This document shows, piece after piece, positions 33,430 through 44,568 of a stretch of DNA of 64,000 nucleotides; positions within the stretch are counted from its first letter, which is position 1; each line of letters starts with the position of its first letter. Location: NCBI GenBank assembly GCA_949358305.1, contig OX442314.1, positions 310,001 through 374,000 of the forward strand. The letters run 5' to 3'. Origin of the DNA: Strigamia acuminata (Eukaryota). The notes beneath the pieces were generated by a model. That model was not told where the DNA came from. It made no database searches and worked only from the letters and a program-made list of their open reading frames with translations. The position numbers and the translations under genes were made by a program.

Positions 33430-36400
33430 CATCAAATAAATCGGAAGAATTGCAGGAAAGTGAAGGCGTAACTGCAAGTAAAAAAGAAGTGTCACCCTCT
33501 ATCGACCCAGAGACGGGGAAAAGAAAAGGAGAAATGATTTGTGAAATCATTGGCGGGGAAATAGTATCAATTAGATTTCCGCCACCAGCATCTCCTAAAG
33601 TCGAAAAGAAAGAAGCAATTGAGAATGCTCTTGTGGCAAAGGAAAAGATTCCTTGTGTATTAACGCCTCCAGAAGCCATAGGGACAATGCGAGTTGCTCA
33701 AGATGAAGTAGCTTGCAAACCTGAAGACGGCAAAATTGTCAAATTACAATTTCCATTATCAGAATTATCAACAATTCCTGAGAGTGAGGAAATTAAAGAA
33801 GTTGACAACACATATTTTGTGAATGAAATCACACAAGCACTGAAGGAGGTGGGACTTGATGAGGAGAACGAAGCGACAATTTTTTGGGCCAATGTGAAAA
33901 ATTCATATGAGAATGACCCTTCAGAGGCAGCGTGGATGATGAACACACCAGTTGAACCAATTGTATGGGATCCATTACTGTACGAACTTCCAAAGCTAGC
34001 ACCTGAAGAAGGCCCAAGAATTAGAGTTTTCAATGTTTTAATCCCCGACGACGAACAACTTGGAGGAATGACAACGATGGACATCCTCACTGAGAGCGGA
34101 AGCATAGCCGCAACATTAGATTCAGGAGCCAACAGAAGTTGTGTGTCACTGCCGCTAGTGAAAGCAATGGGCTTGGAAGATAAAATTACCAAAGTCGGGC
34201 CTAACATGGCCATAAACACAGCGGACAAAAAAGTTCAACCAATCGGTTCAATTCGAATACTATTCCGATGGACACACGGCATGGTGTTACACTATTTCTT
34301 GGTGTTGCCACACGAGATGCATTTCATGCTCATGGGGAATGATGTCATGAAAAGAATGAGAATCCAGCCAAATCCCCTCAGCGGAAAGTGGAATTTCATA
34401 ACCACTTTGGAAGTACCAACTCCATACGTTCCGCAGTCCGTGCTGGATAAATGGGAAAAAACGTTAGAGCAACCAGAATCAACATTCCGGACATTTGCAA
34501 AAGAAACATGTTACAATGCTTTCAATGCAAGATTGAGAATGGACAATGGCGTAGACAACTTGGTGGAAGAAGCCAAACTTCAGCTAACAGAGGCTCTTCA
34601 GTTAGAAGCAGTGCTTAGAAAGCATGAGAAGATTCTCACCAAAACGCCAGGGAAAACACATGTTTTGCAGCATACAATCGAATTGGACACAAAAAAGCCT
34701 ATCAGAGTGCCATTTCGAAGCTGGAACCCGCAAAAGCGCGAAATTTTGCGCCAACTCTGTCAAGAGTTCAAGGACAAAGGTTTTGTGTCGGATGCGGAGG
34801 GAGATTATGCTGCGCGGATCGTATTAGTGTCAAAAACCGGATCAGATCCTCGGTTATGCATCGACTATCGGCCGATAAATGAACACACTTTGTATGATCC
34901 GCCCCAAATGCCCACGATCACGGAGATTCTGCGAGAACTAGGAGAGTTCAACTGGGTGACGACAATAGATCTGACCAAGGGTTACTGGCAGATTGAGTTG
35001 CGCCCAGAAGATAGACCAAAGACGGCATTTTGGAGCCCGATTGGGCGCCTAATGTTTAATGTCATGCCATTTGGGCTTGTCAACGCGCCCACGACATTCC
35101 AGCGCTTAATCGAGAAAGTGCTCGGCGATGCATATCGCAAATACGCCTGGGCGTACTTGGATGACATCGTCATCGTGTCGAAAACATACGAAGAGCACAT
35201 GCGCCATGTTGACGACGTCTTATCAAAATTGGAAAGAGCTGGCTTGCACGTGAATCCTGAAAAGTCAAAATTTTGTCGGAAAGAGCTGAAATTTTTGGGC
35301 TACAATTTGGGAGTCAACGGTGTAAGCGCAGATCCGAAAAAAGTGGACGCCATTGCTAAGTTTCCAGCGCCAACCAATCTCACCGAGTTGCAGCGCTTTC
35401 TTGGAATGGTGAATTTTTTTCACAGACTGTTGAAGGATTTGGCCACTGTGGCCGAGCCCCTGCGTCCGCTCTTGAAAAAGGACATTGATTTCGTGTGGAC
35501 AGGAGACCACCAACGAGCGTTTGAGGAAGTCAAAAAATTACTCACTGACTCAGAAACAATGGCGTTGCCAGACTTAAACCGTCCATTTATTGTCCACACT
35601 GACGCAAGCAAAAAAGGGCTCGGAGCGGCGTTAATGCAAAAGAACATGGTCAACGGGCAAGAACTCGAGGTCCCCTGCGTATATGCTAGTCGCAGTCTGC
35701 AGGCAGCAGAACTGAATTACAGTGTCACAGACCTCGAATGTCTGGCGGTCATTTGGGCGCTACGAAAATTCCGAGAATATCTGGAATTCACCCATTTCAC
35801 TGTGCAGACTGACCATCAGGCCTTGAAATGGCTCATGGGATTGGATGAGCCCACTGGTCGTCTTGCTAGATGGCAAATGGAACTCATGTCGTATAGTTTT
35901 AAAATCCAGTACGTCAAGGGTCCAACCAATGTGCTTGCTGATGCATTGTCGCGTGCGCCAACAGATTTAACAAGTGGTGAAGATGAATGCGGAGAAGCGG
36001 ACGGTGATACACGTTATTGCCCGACAGAGATCCATTCTTGGGAAATTAAGAATTGGAACCAGCTGCCTACGCCGAAAGCCCCTGAAGATCCAATGGTCGC
36101 TTATTGGTGCAATTTGTATGTTGCACCAACGGCAGAGACGAAGCAAAAATTACGCGAGGAGGAAGAATGGCGATACATGCCAAAATCAAACAATGCGATG
36201 GCAAATGCCTTCATCCTCAAAGTGACAGAGCAATTAAATTGCACCCCACCTACTCGCGAGGAATTTATAGCCGAGCAAAAGGCAGACAAACATTGTCAAA
36301 TCATCCGCTTTTATCTGGAAACACAACAATTCCCACCACATGTAACCACTCGCCTTGAAAGAAGGAATTTTAAAGTATTGGCAACCAGACACATCCTCGA

Positions 36401-38276
36401 GGAAGATTTGCTCATGCGATATCAACCAACGATTTCTGATGAGCTAGGCGAGGATAGTAGCGCGCTGAAAGTCGTGGTACCAAAGTCGCTAAGATTTCGA
36501 GTACTTTGGTTGATGCACGGCCACCCATTGGCCAGTCATAGCGGTATTGCAAGAACACTTTATCGGATGCGCTGCGTCTATGTTTGGGACGGCATGAAAA
36601 GGGACACTGCAAAGTTCATCAAGCACTGTGTCAGATGCCAGGCGTGCAAACCACGACCAAAAACTAAAGTTGAGCCGGCTGAAATTGGGCCTTATGCACC
36701 GTTTGAGTGCTTGAGTATTGATCTAACAGGCCCAAAGCCAAGGACGATCGAAGGAAACAACTATATTCTGGTTATTTTGGATGTTGCGACTCACTGGCCA
36801 AAATTGTACCCATTGGAGGACCCCACCGCCCAAATCATCTCGGATTGTGTGTACGACACGTCCATGGACTGGGGATTTCCTCTAAAAATAATATCAGACA
36901 ATGGCCCGCAATTTAAAGCGCGAATTTACAAGGAGTTTTGCAAACGTTTCAAAATTATCCCAAAATTCACTTCCCCGTATCATCCACAAGCCAATCCAGT
37001 CGAGAGGCTCAACAGGGACATAAAGTATGTCATTGCAATTTTCACAGACCTGCACCGCCGCTGGGACGAATATTTAAGAGAAATAGCGTTCAGCATCAGG
37101 TCCACTGAGTCAAGGGGTCGAGGATACTCCCCTGCCTATCTCAACTGCGGCAGAGAACTTCGTATTCCTTGGGATCCGAGAGTTCTCGATGGAATTCTTC
37201 GGATTGACCCAAAACGGCCCCATGAGTATGTCCAAAGATTACAAAGAGTGATAAGTGACACGTACCACCACATGATGGCGCATATTGTAGACTTAAGAGA
37301 GAGAGTGCGCAATCATCAAGATGATGCCAAATTTGAGAACTTCAAAATTAATGATCTTGTTTGGAGAGAAAACCACGCGCTCTCAAAAGCCTCAGCTGGT
37401 ATCTCTGCGAGTATTGCGGACAAGCGTACTGGCCCCTATGTTATTACCCAAATACATCAGGGTGGAGCTGCCAGATTGCGCCGGCTAAAAGACAATCGAA
37501 TTTTTAACTCAATTCACAAATCCGAATTGTCACCCTACTTCCCTGAATTTAACCAAGAAATTTGGTTAAAAGGCCAAACTAAAAGTAACCCCAATGCTGA
37601 GGTGGTAAACACCTTATTCGATGACATTCCAGCAAGAGGGGAGAATTCAGAAGTAGTGGAAGAGGCAGAAAATGTGCCAAGTACGGAAGTCGCAGAAAAT
37701 GTGCAAACGTCAACTAATGCACAAGAAACACAAAAACAGTCAGACTTGCAAAATTCGCAAAATTTTGAAGTCAATTTTGATTTGGACACAGTCGTCGAAA
37801 TACAAGAAATTGTAAATGCACAAAGTGCAGACGACACGCAAAATGAAGAACGTGCAGAAAACGTTCACGATAATGACAGTGCGCAAGGCGCAGAAAGTGT
37901 GGAATCTGTACACAGAAATATGCAAGATGTCACACAAGACGTAGAAAATGCACCAACTAGTACACAAAGTGCAGAAAATTCGCCAAATGCAGAAAATGTG
38001 CAAGGTGCAGAAACTGCAAATGAGTTTGCAGAAAAATGTGTTGCAGAAAGTTCAGACGACACGCATGCAGACATTCCACTAATCACCCCAGAAAATGATG
38101 TTTTTGGAAATGAAAAGCAAGTTGCTTCATTTTCCAAAAAGAGGGGAAAGAGAGTGGAAAAGAAAGTTGAAATCAAAAAAAAATATCAACAATTAAATTC
38201 TCGTGAGAAGAAAAAGGCTTTAAAACAATACCCACTTCGCAACAGAGCGAAGATAAAGCCTCCGGATTATCTCTAA
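33393..38276 (+). CDS. Gypsy Pol: protease, RT, RNase H, integrase, acidic tail
   Basis: LDSGA, RLCIDYR, DLTKGYWQ, MPFGL, YLDD, TDAS, TDHQAL, H..H..C..C, SDNGPQF, NPVERLN. Confidence 0.95.
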   Translation, partial: LASAGPVNQDPAPSNKSEELQESEGVTASKKEVSPSIDPETGKRKGEMICEIIGGEIVSIRFPPPASPKVEKKEAIENALVAKEKIPCVLTPPEAIGTMRVAQDEVACKPEDGKIVKLQFPLSELSTIPESEEIKEVDNTYFVNEITQALKEVGLDEENEATIFWANVKNSYENDPSEAAWMMNTPVEPIVWDPLLYELPKLAPEEGPRIRVFNVLIPDDEQLGGMTTMDILTESGSIAATLDSGANRSCVSLPLVKAMGLEDKITKVGPNMAINTADKKVQPIGSIRILFRWTHGMVLHYFLVLPHEMHFMLMGNDVMKRMRIQPNPLSGKWNFITTLEVPTPYVPQSVLDKWEKTLEQPESTFRTFAKETCYNAFNARLRMDNGVDNLVEEAKLQLTEALQLEAVLRKHEKILTKTPGKTHVLQHTIELDTKKPIRVPFRSWNPQKREILRQLCQEFKDKGFVSDAEGDYAARIVLVSKTGSDPRLCIDYRPINEHTLYDPPQMPTITEILRELGEFNWVTTIDLTKGYWQIELRPEDRPKTAFWSPIGRLMFNVMPFGLVNAPTTFQRLIEKVLGDAYRKYAWAYLDDIVIVSKTYEEHMRHVDDVLSKLERAGLHVNPEKSKFCRKELKFLGYNLGVNGVSADPKKVDAIAKFPAPTNLTELQRFLGMVNFFHRLLKDLATVAEPLRPLLKKDIDFVWTGDHQRAFEEVKKLLTDSETMALPDLNRPFIVHTDASKKGLGAALMQKNMVNGQELEVPCVYASRSLQAAELNYSVTDLECLAVIWALRKFREYLEFTHFTVQTDHQALKWLMGLDEPTGRLARWQMELMSYSFKIQYVKGPTNVLADALSRAPTDLTSGEDECGEADGDTRYCPTEIHSWEIKNWNQLPTPKAPEDPMVAYWCNLYVAPTAETKQKLREEEEWRYMPKSNNAMANAFILKVTEQLNCTPPTREEFIAEQKADKHCQIIRFYLETQQFPPHVTTRLERRNFKVLATRHILEEDLLMRYQPTISDELGEDSSALKVVVPKSLRFRVLWLMHGHPLASHSGIARTLYRMRCVYVWDGMKRDTAKFIKHCVRCQACKPRPKTKVEPAEIGPYAPFECLSIDLTGPKPRTIEGNNYILVILDVATHWPKLYPLEDPTAQIISDCVYDTSMDWGFPLKIISDNGPQFKARIYKEFCKRFKIIPKFTSPYHPQANPVERLNRDIKYVIAIFTDLHRRWDEYLREIAFSIRSTESRGRGYSPAYLNCGRELRIPWDPRVLDGILRIDPKRPHEYVQRLQRVISDTYHHMMAHIVDLRERVRNHQDDAKFENFKINDLVWRENHALSKASAGISASIADKRTGPYVITQIHQGGAARLRRLKDNRIFNSIHKSELSPYFPEFNQEIWLKGQTKSNPNAEVVNTLFDDIPARGENSEVVEEAENVPSTEVAENVQTSTNAQETQKQSDLQNSQNFEVNFDLDTVVEIQEIVNAQSADDTQNEERAENVHDNDSAQGAESVESVHRNMQDVTQDVENAPTSTQSAENSPNAENVQGAETANEFAEKCVAESSDDTHADIPLITPENDVFGNEKQVASFSKKRGKRVEKKVEIKKKYQQLNSREKKKALKQYPLRNRAKIKPPDYL

Positions 38277-39283
38277 AAATAGAGCTAGGACGTCGCTCGG
38301 AAGTCCGGAAATGGACGACGTCATTTGCTGCGTTGTGATTGGTCGCCGAAGGGATCAGCTGCAGTTCGAGACACTTAGACATAACAACAAGTGTGAACTA
38401 GTTTAACCTCTCGAAAAAACAAACAAATTTCGATAAGTGATCACTGACAGACAACAGCAACAGCGATCTGAGGTTTGGAAAAAGCGTTTACGACGACCAA
38501 CAACAACGAAAAGCGGAGATTAATCGGGAAAGATGTCGCGAGAACGTCAAGCAGACGGTTCGGATGACGAACGACAGAAAGAAAAGGAAATTTTAGACAA
38601 GGTAGTCAAAAGTTGAAAAAATATTCAATTAGAAATGCGACAAATAAGTCGATAGAAAACGTTTCCTTCACATAAATGTGTATGTCAATGTGATCAAAGT
38701 TAGAAATGAGAAAGTTTATTAGAGAATTAAAAGGCTCACTCTCAGAAATGAATGGTAAAAGGGAAAAAATTGTCCGAATCTTTACTATTCATAAGTCAAA
38801 AGGCAAAACGATTCATAAGAAAGAATTATAAGGCATAAATTTGATACGTTTAATTGAAAAATATAACAAAAAATTAAATGCGGGTACGGGAATCGAAGTG
38901 TAAATTGCTATAAATAACATGAGAACGGACGCCATCTTGTGTTCAATCACGGAACCAAAATGGCGGAGTTCGAAATAAGAGATTAAAACACATTGACAGA
39001 CACATGGAAGAAACGATAAGTGTGTGACAAAGATAAGGAATTAACGATAAAAGAAAAGATTAGAAAGATTTCGAATCAGAACGACAAAATTGTCTAAAAT
39101 AATTTCGTCAAAAAAGATAAAACTCCGCATGCCATGCAGAGGGGACGCCATCTAGCGGCCCAAAATCAAATTAAAAAGCAATATTTTATCGAAAATGCTA
39201 AAATAAATGTCACACACATAAGGAATTGTTATTATGTTGAAAATATTTATTGAATAACATTCTTTTGATAGACTGAGCAAGCC

Positions 39284-41722
39284 ATGGCGTCCTGGGAGGC
39301 GATTCCAGAAGGTGCAATTATTAGATTGAACATCTTCCGTGGAAGGATCCCGGACAAGATTCAAATAGTGTTCAAGCGACTAGGATATGACGCTTGGATA
39401 ACTCGGAAGTGGCTCACCAACCAAATCAAAAAATATTGGGGGACCACGAAGCGAATCTGCCATGGAGACACATTGGAAGCGCACGCCTTACGTCAACTCA
39501 TATCCGAACTGGAAGACCCGCATGGACCCATTTTCAATGAGTTGCTGGCGGAATTATATCCAATGGTTTACGAAAAGGCTAAGGACTACGAAGTGTATTG
39601 CGACCCGACAACAAATCGGCAAAAGTTTGCCAAGCGAGTCATGTCGAGGATCAAGGCGGAAGCTGGCCCAGTAGCAGCAGAATTTATAGTCAAACAACAA
39701 GCTTTTTTAGAAGAGCAGGAAAAGCTAGGATGCCCGCCTGTGACGTCACCACCCGAACATTTCGCAAAAACGCAGACTCAGATGCATCAGTTGCATCTAA
39801 CTGGAGCCGTGGGAAATCGAGTTGCAAACACCAACCGAAATCGACCGCGCAGACGATATACTCCAACTAAAGCGATGAAGGATTGGGAACGTCTCGAAGA
39901 TCAGCGCTCGAGAAGAAGTCGACATTCTCCCATCGAGTGGCATGAAGAAGCACGCGAAGTCACGCCACCAAAGAGAGCAAAAAAATGCAGGAGGTCGCAC
40001 AAGAAGTCGAAGGCTCAACGCGAAATTACTCTGCCGATGTCAAAAAAGGACGCACTTTTAATCAAGATTAAGGGCACCTGCGACCCCGATGAGCCCATCA
40101 TTCCGTTGGTTGAGTGGGACGACTCGTGGCAAGAGGATTTCGTGATTGTCGATGAGGCAGAAGAATCGGAGTATTCGTCGGACGCAGGGAAGGAAGCGGT
40201 CGCTACCGGAGGAGAAGATTCGTCGGTGTTCCAGAGTCCAGCACCACACAAGGATGTACCTGACACCCCATCACCAAGGCCATCCTCCCCTGAAGAAGCA
40301 ATGACCATTCAGGTCCCGAGCTTGACTCGAAGAGCGTCAGCAGAGCCGGAAGCCCCACCTCCGCCTCCCCAACTGCAAGAGCTGATGGCGCTGAAAGTGA
40401 AACCGCCAAAGGCAAAGGGAAAGCCAAAAATGTTACGGCCGAAAAAATCGATTGAACATGATCGTTTGAAGAAGAAGAAAGCGCCGACTGTAGACCCGCA
40501 CACGTTGCCAATGGAGGGACCCATTCCACTGATGGACCACTCGATTCCGGTCCCAGAACTCGCATTGTGCCCAGGGGAGCAACCAATGAGACCCCAAGAA
40601 GATTACGACAAGGACTTCTACAGATTATGGCGCAGCTACTTGAAATACCCGTTGAACACCCAGAAACTGGTCCTCACAAATTTGGATGGATACCAGGCCG
40701 CCCAGCTCAATGAAGCGGTGAACGAGATGAAGCGTTTGGCCAGGGAATTTGTGCAAGTACCACTGAGGGAGCAAACTGAACGCTGGCTGCAAAAATTCCA
40801 GAAGAAAACGGTGAAAGTGCAGCAACGCTTACTGTTTCCGGGGGTATTCTACACCGATGAGGCGTCGTTCATAGGCGATACTGTGTTGTATACAACGCCA
40901 TTAGGAATTCCACCTGAAATGCTTACCAACTGGAAGTCAATCCTCTATGATGCGGTGTTGCTTCGGAGCAATTTGGTGTATGCAAATCTGGCGAATGGAG
41001 AGACATGCAATCAGAGCGCAACACGTCTGAGACAGGAGTGGACGATGAGGTTGGAAGAAATGGAAAAGCGTCGAGACTCGCAGACGTTTGGAGCACAAGC
41101 TTGTGCATTGTGGAGACCTGCTGGGGCCCCGTTCAGACCAAGGGCAACACCAAAAGGTGCAAGTGCTCCTTCCACCACTGCATTTGCTCAAGTCAGCCGC
41201 CCTTACGTCACCTACATGCCGTCAGTCACCTATGTGCCAGCGGTGTATCGGGCGCTGACCACAACCACGAACGCCACGGAGGCAGGAATTTGTTCAGTGG
41301 AACCGTCCGCCAGCGGGAAAGAGGAAGTGCCGACCGTTTCCATGATCCAGAATATGGAATATGGCAAAATCAGGTATTATTACCCAAAGTTAAAGTTTTC
41401 CGATGGCACGAGGGCTTTGTTAAAGAATAGCTCCACTCTTTGCAAAGAGGCGTTTAAATGGCTCGAGAAATCTGTGCGCGAGTTGCAATATCGATCGCGT
41501 CACCGCCAGCTCATTGCAGTACGCCGAGCCCCGAGCAGTGAGGAAGAGAAATTCGAAATGAATTACGACCACGTCCTCAAGAAGACGGCAGACATTCGTG
41601 ACGTTTGGTTACACGTCAATACGGGGATGATGTCTGGCCCAGCCCGCGGATTGCCAAAGTTCTCAATTTCCGAGAATGCAACTCCCGTGGCTATTCCTGA
41701 GACGAAAGGGGTTATTTGGTAG
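39284..41722 (+). CDS. Gypsy ORF3, 812 aa, unknown function, not env-like; possibly with an upstream coding exon at 38533-38601
   Basis: Uninterrupted ORF between pol and the PPT, starting GCCATGG. No signal peptide or transmembrane segment seen. Confidence 0.85.
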   Translation: MASWEAIPEGAIIRLNIFRGRIPDKIQIVFKRLGYDAWITRKWLTNQIKKYWGTTKRICHGDTLEAHALRQLISELEDPHGPIFNELLAELYPMVYEKAKDYEVYCDPTTNRQKFAKRVMSRIKAEAGPVAAEFIVKQQAFLEEQEKLGCPPVTSPPEHFAKTQTQMHQLHLTGAVGNRVANTNRNRPRRRYTPTKAMKDWERLEDQRSRRSRHSPIEWHEEAREVTPPKRAKKCRRSHKKSKAQREITLPMSKKDALLIKIKGTCDPDEPIIPLVEWDDSWQEDFVIVDEAEESEYSSDAGKEAVATGGEDSSVFQSPAPHKDVPDTPSPRPSSPEEAMTIQVPSLTRRASAEPEAPPPPPQLQELMALKVKPPKAKGKPKMLRPKKSIEHDRLKKKKAPTVDPHTLPMEGPIPLMDHSIPVPELALCPGEQPMRPQEDYDKDFYRLWRSYLKYPLNTQKLVLTNLDGYQAAQLNEAVNEMKRLAREFVQVPLREQTERWLQKFQKKTVKVQQRLLFPGVFYTDEASFIGDTVLYTTPLGIPPEMLTNWKSILYDAVLLRSNLVYANLANGETCNQSATRLRQEWTMRLEEMEKRRDSQTFGAQACALWRPAGAPFRPRATPKGASAPSTTAFAQVSRPYVTYMPSVTYVPAVYRALTTTTNATEAGICSVEPSASGKEEVPTVSMIQNMEYGKIRYYYPKLKFSDGTRALLKNSSTLCKEAFKWLEKSVRELQYRSRHRQLIAVRRAPSSEEEKFEMNYDHVLKKTADIRDVWLHVNTGMMSGPARGLPKFSISENATPVAIPETKGVIW

Positions 41723-41762
41723 AAATGTCGGTTTTGGGAAAACCTCCCAAAAAGAGGGGAAG

Positions 41763-43188
41763 TGCGGTGGCCCGGATGCCACCGAGAGGTTTTATTTTAT
41801 TTGATCGCTTTGAAAATAAGTCAATTTCAAGCGAAAGGAAATAAATAATTCCGAATTTTATTTATTTAGTGCATTTAGCAAAAGTTTGCTTTATTTTATT
41901 ATTATTTTACATTGTATCTCGAAATAAGTTAATTCGAGTTCATTGTCACCATTTTTGTATGTAAATCGAATAAAATATATGCATTTGAATTATAAACCAG
42001 TTGAATTTATTTTGAGTCTTGAAAGTTGCCAAAATTGGCAGTTTTATTATTATTTTGTGCCACAAAGTGACAGCAGTATAATTGGAGTAATTAATAGTTA
42101 TTTTTAGAACTCTGCCTGTCTGCAGAAAAACAGCTGAGTGGGAGGTTGCCAGGGCAACCCACCCACAAGCTAAGCAATACAGGAAGTGTTTCCTGCTAAT
42201 AAGGAAATTTAGCAGAAACACTTCAGTCTTACTTTGAAAACCTTGTTGAAACAACCCCGTGAATTTACTCCAGAAACCTGAAAACTGCAGATAAATCTTA
42301 CGGCCAAATTTTGCCAAGTTTGAGACTCACCACTTCTTGCAACAGTAAACTGCTGTTGTGAGAGCCCTTTCTTGTGATAACCACATTGTTATCACGAGAT
42401 TTCTTCTTGCAACAACCTGCTTGTTGTTGTGAGATTTCTTTCTTGTCGCTAAACAGGCGACGAGATATTTGTATTTTGCCAAGTTTGGCGACCCGCCGTC
42501 AAGGTCGTCACTCGTGCCGGCGTGCCGAGTGAGATCCGAGTCGTGGGTGTCGTCCAACTTTGGATTTGAGTAACGTAACCGAGACGTTTTCGCCACCGTC
42601 ACGGTCGTCTGTCGCGCCGGCGTGCCGAGCAGAGACCCGAGTCGTGTGGGAGATCGTTTATCGAGGAGAATTAGTGGTGAAGGTGCGGACGTTTGTGAGA
42701 CGTCGTGTTTGAGGAAAAACGTCGTGAAAACGTTCCGTCGGCGTACGTGAGCGTTTCCATCAACGAGACGGAGTCGAGAAGGAAATCCAACGTCCGATCG
42801 CCGTCGGATTTGGAGAGGAACGAAACAGCGTCGAGGACGGAAAACCAGCGCCGTCGCCGCCATCTTCTTTATTTTATTCCTATTTTCCTAATTTCGATAA
42901 GTATTTTGTTTAGTATTTTTATTATGTTAACGGTAAAAAGTAATGTTAAGAAAGCTTTGTAATTTCGTGTATTATTTGTAATTTAAGTGATTTATTCAAG
43001 ACTAAGAATAAATCTCCTGTGAGAATTTAAAAGAGAAAACATTTGTATTCTTTGAAATTAGTTAGTTAGTTAAATTCACTTAGGCCAATTAGATTAAATA
43101 TAAATTTTAGTGTTAGTGAGTTTTGTAAGTCCTATAAACGGCAATCCTTAGTGAGTCAGTTTTAGTAATAAGATTCCGGTTCACTTCA
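41763..43188 (+). repeat. Gypsy 3' LTR
   Basis: Direct repeat of 28542-29967. Confidence 0.96.
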
Positions 43189-43489
43189 ACGGTTAGGTTT
43201 CAGATTTGGGAAATTTGGCAAGTAAGAATCATCAAACTCCTCATTACTTAAACGAGAGGAGTACGAGAGCATCTAGCAGCAGCAATTGGATGTACTATCT
43301 CAAATCAACGGAGAAATTGATGATAAATAAAAATTCATGACAAATTGGTAAAAGCTACACTGTGCAGTCGTACAATACCAGCATTATGCCAACCAGAGCT
43401 CTTTAAACTTAGCTCTGCAAATTTCTAGCTGTCATTTGCTTGGCAATAGTTGCATTATAAAAGAAAGTTACATCAAGTTCAGTGAAATT

Positions 43490-43690
43490 AATTGATGATA
43501 CCATAATGCAAGTTACCACTTTTAGGCCACCATTCCAGACATAATTGCGAACAGGTTTGCACAATGAGCAAACACAGCATAAGTAGCTGTCCATTGGCAG
43601 CACATGAAAGAAAACAGTGCATGGAAGAAAACAAGTGCGGAAATGTGGGTTCAAATCAACATGCAAATTCTCTTTGTTTAGGGTTGTAAT
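43490..43690 (+). pseudogene. Degenerate Cys/His-knuckle (LINE ORF1/gag-like) remnant; probably part of the ORF the Gypsy inserted into
   Basis: LLGHHSRHNCEQVCTMSKHSISSCP..KCGNVGSNQHANSLC. The flanks of the Gypsy join in frame (KEIRR|LGFRFGK). Confidence 0.35.
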
Positions 43691-44568
43691 TTGGCATGGA
43701 TGTGTTGCACGACCAGAGCTCTCTTCCAGTTCCAATTAGACAAGTCAAGTCATCAGTTTATCCAGGAGTGACCAACTGACCATTGCCCTCTAGCAAACAA
43801 GAAAGAAGCAACACGAAATTCAATATTTCAAAAAAAATCTAAAGAATTGAATTTAAAATACCAAACTAAAGAAAATAAAAAGATATTTCTCGAGTCCATT
43901 GTACACTCATAACAAATATATTCATTTCAAATGCATTAGGCTTAAAAATAGAATCTAGAAGTGAAGCTAAGCCTAAAATAGAATTTAGAAGGGAAATGCC
44001 TCAAATGGAATCCAGAAGTGAAATTCAGCCAAAAATGAATGAAGTTAGGAATCAAACCATCTTAATCCAGTTCCTTGGCTGTGCGTGATAGAAATCTGCA
44101 TAAATACAAAGGAAAGACAACTTCACCGTGGTGAAAAATACGAATATCAACGGATAAAAAGAAACAACGACGAAATGGAAGGCAGAGCAGAACCAACAAA
44201 ATCTCGCTGTTCACCTCGCCTTTCGTATATCGTGCTGATCGAGTTACGTGACAGATTATTGTTTAGCGTATTGTATTGTTTACAGCATCGTCATAAAATG
44301 CACATCCACGCACTCTGCTGTTGAACGATCAAGTCATTGCATTGCAAATCATATGTAAAACCGTCTTTGTTAATAATCACCACACATCACTTACAAAACA
44401 ACAAACACATTTTTTAAGTGCCAAACACACGAGTGGATCAGGCAAAAACGGTGCAAAAATACGAAGACCAGAGCTCCGTGATCGACGTCCTGCACGAGAG
44501 CGAGGTAAGAACGCGTTGTTTCATACAACCACAGACCTAAATACAATACCGACTGCGAACTAAATTAA

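Larger units (their letters stand above)
28542..43188 (+). mobile_element. Ty3/Gypsy LTR retrotransposon, 14.6 kb, full length, three ORFs
   Basis: 1426-bp TG..CA LTRs at 28542-29967 and 41763-43188, identical by eye. 4-bp TSD ACGG. tRNA-Pro-like PBS TGGGGGCCTGTCC (29970-29982). PPT AAAAAGAGGGGAAG (41749-41762). Confidence 0.96.

Noticed and set aside
39284..41722. ORF3 as an envelope gene
   Set aside because: No signal peptide, transmembrane helix or env-like Cys/cleavage pattern.
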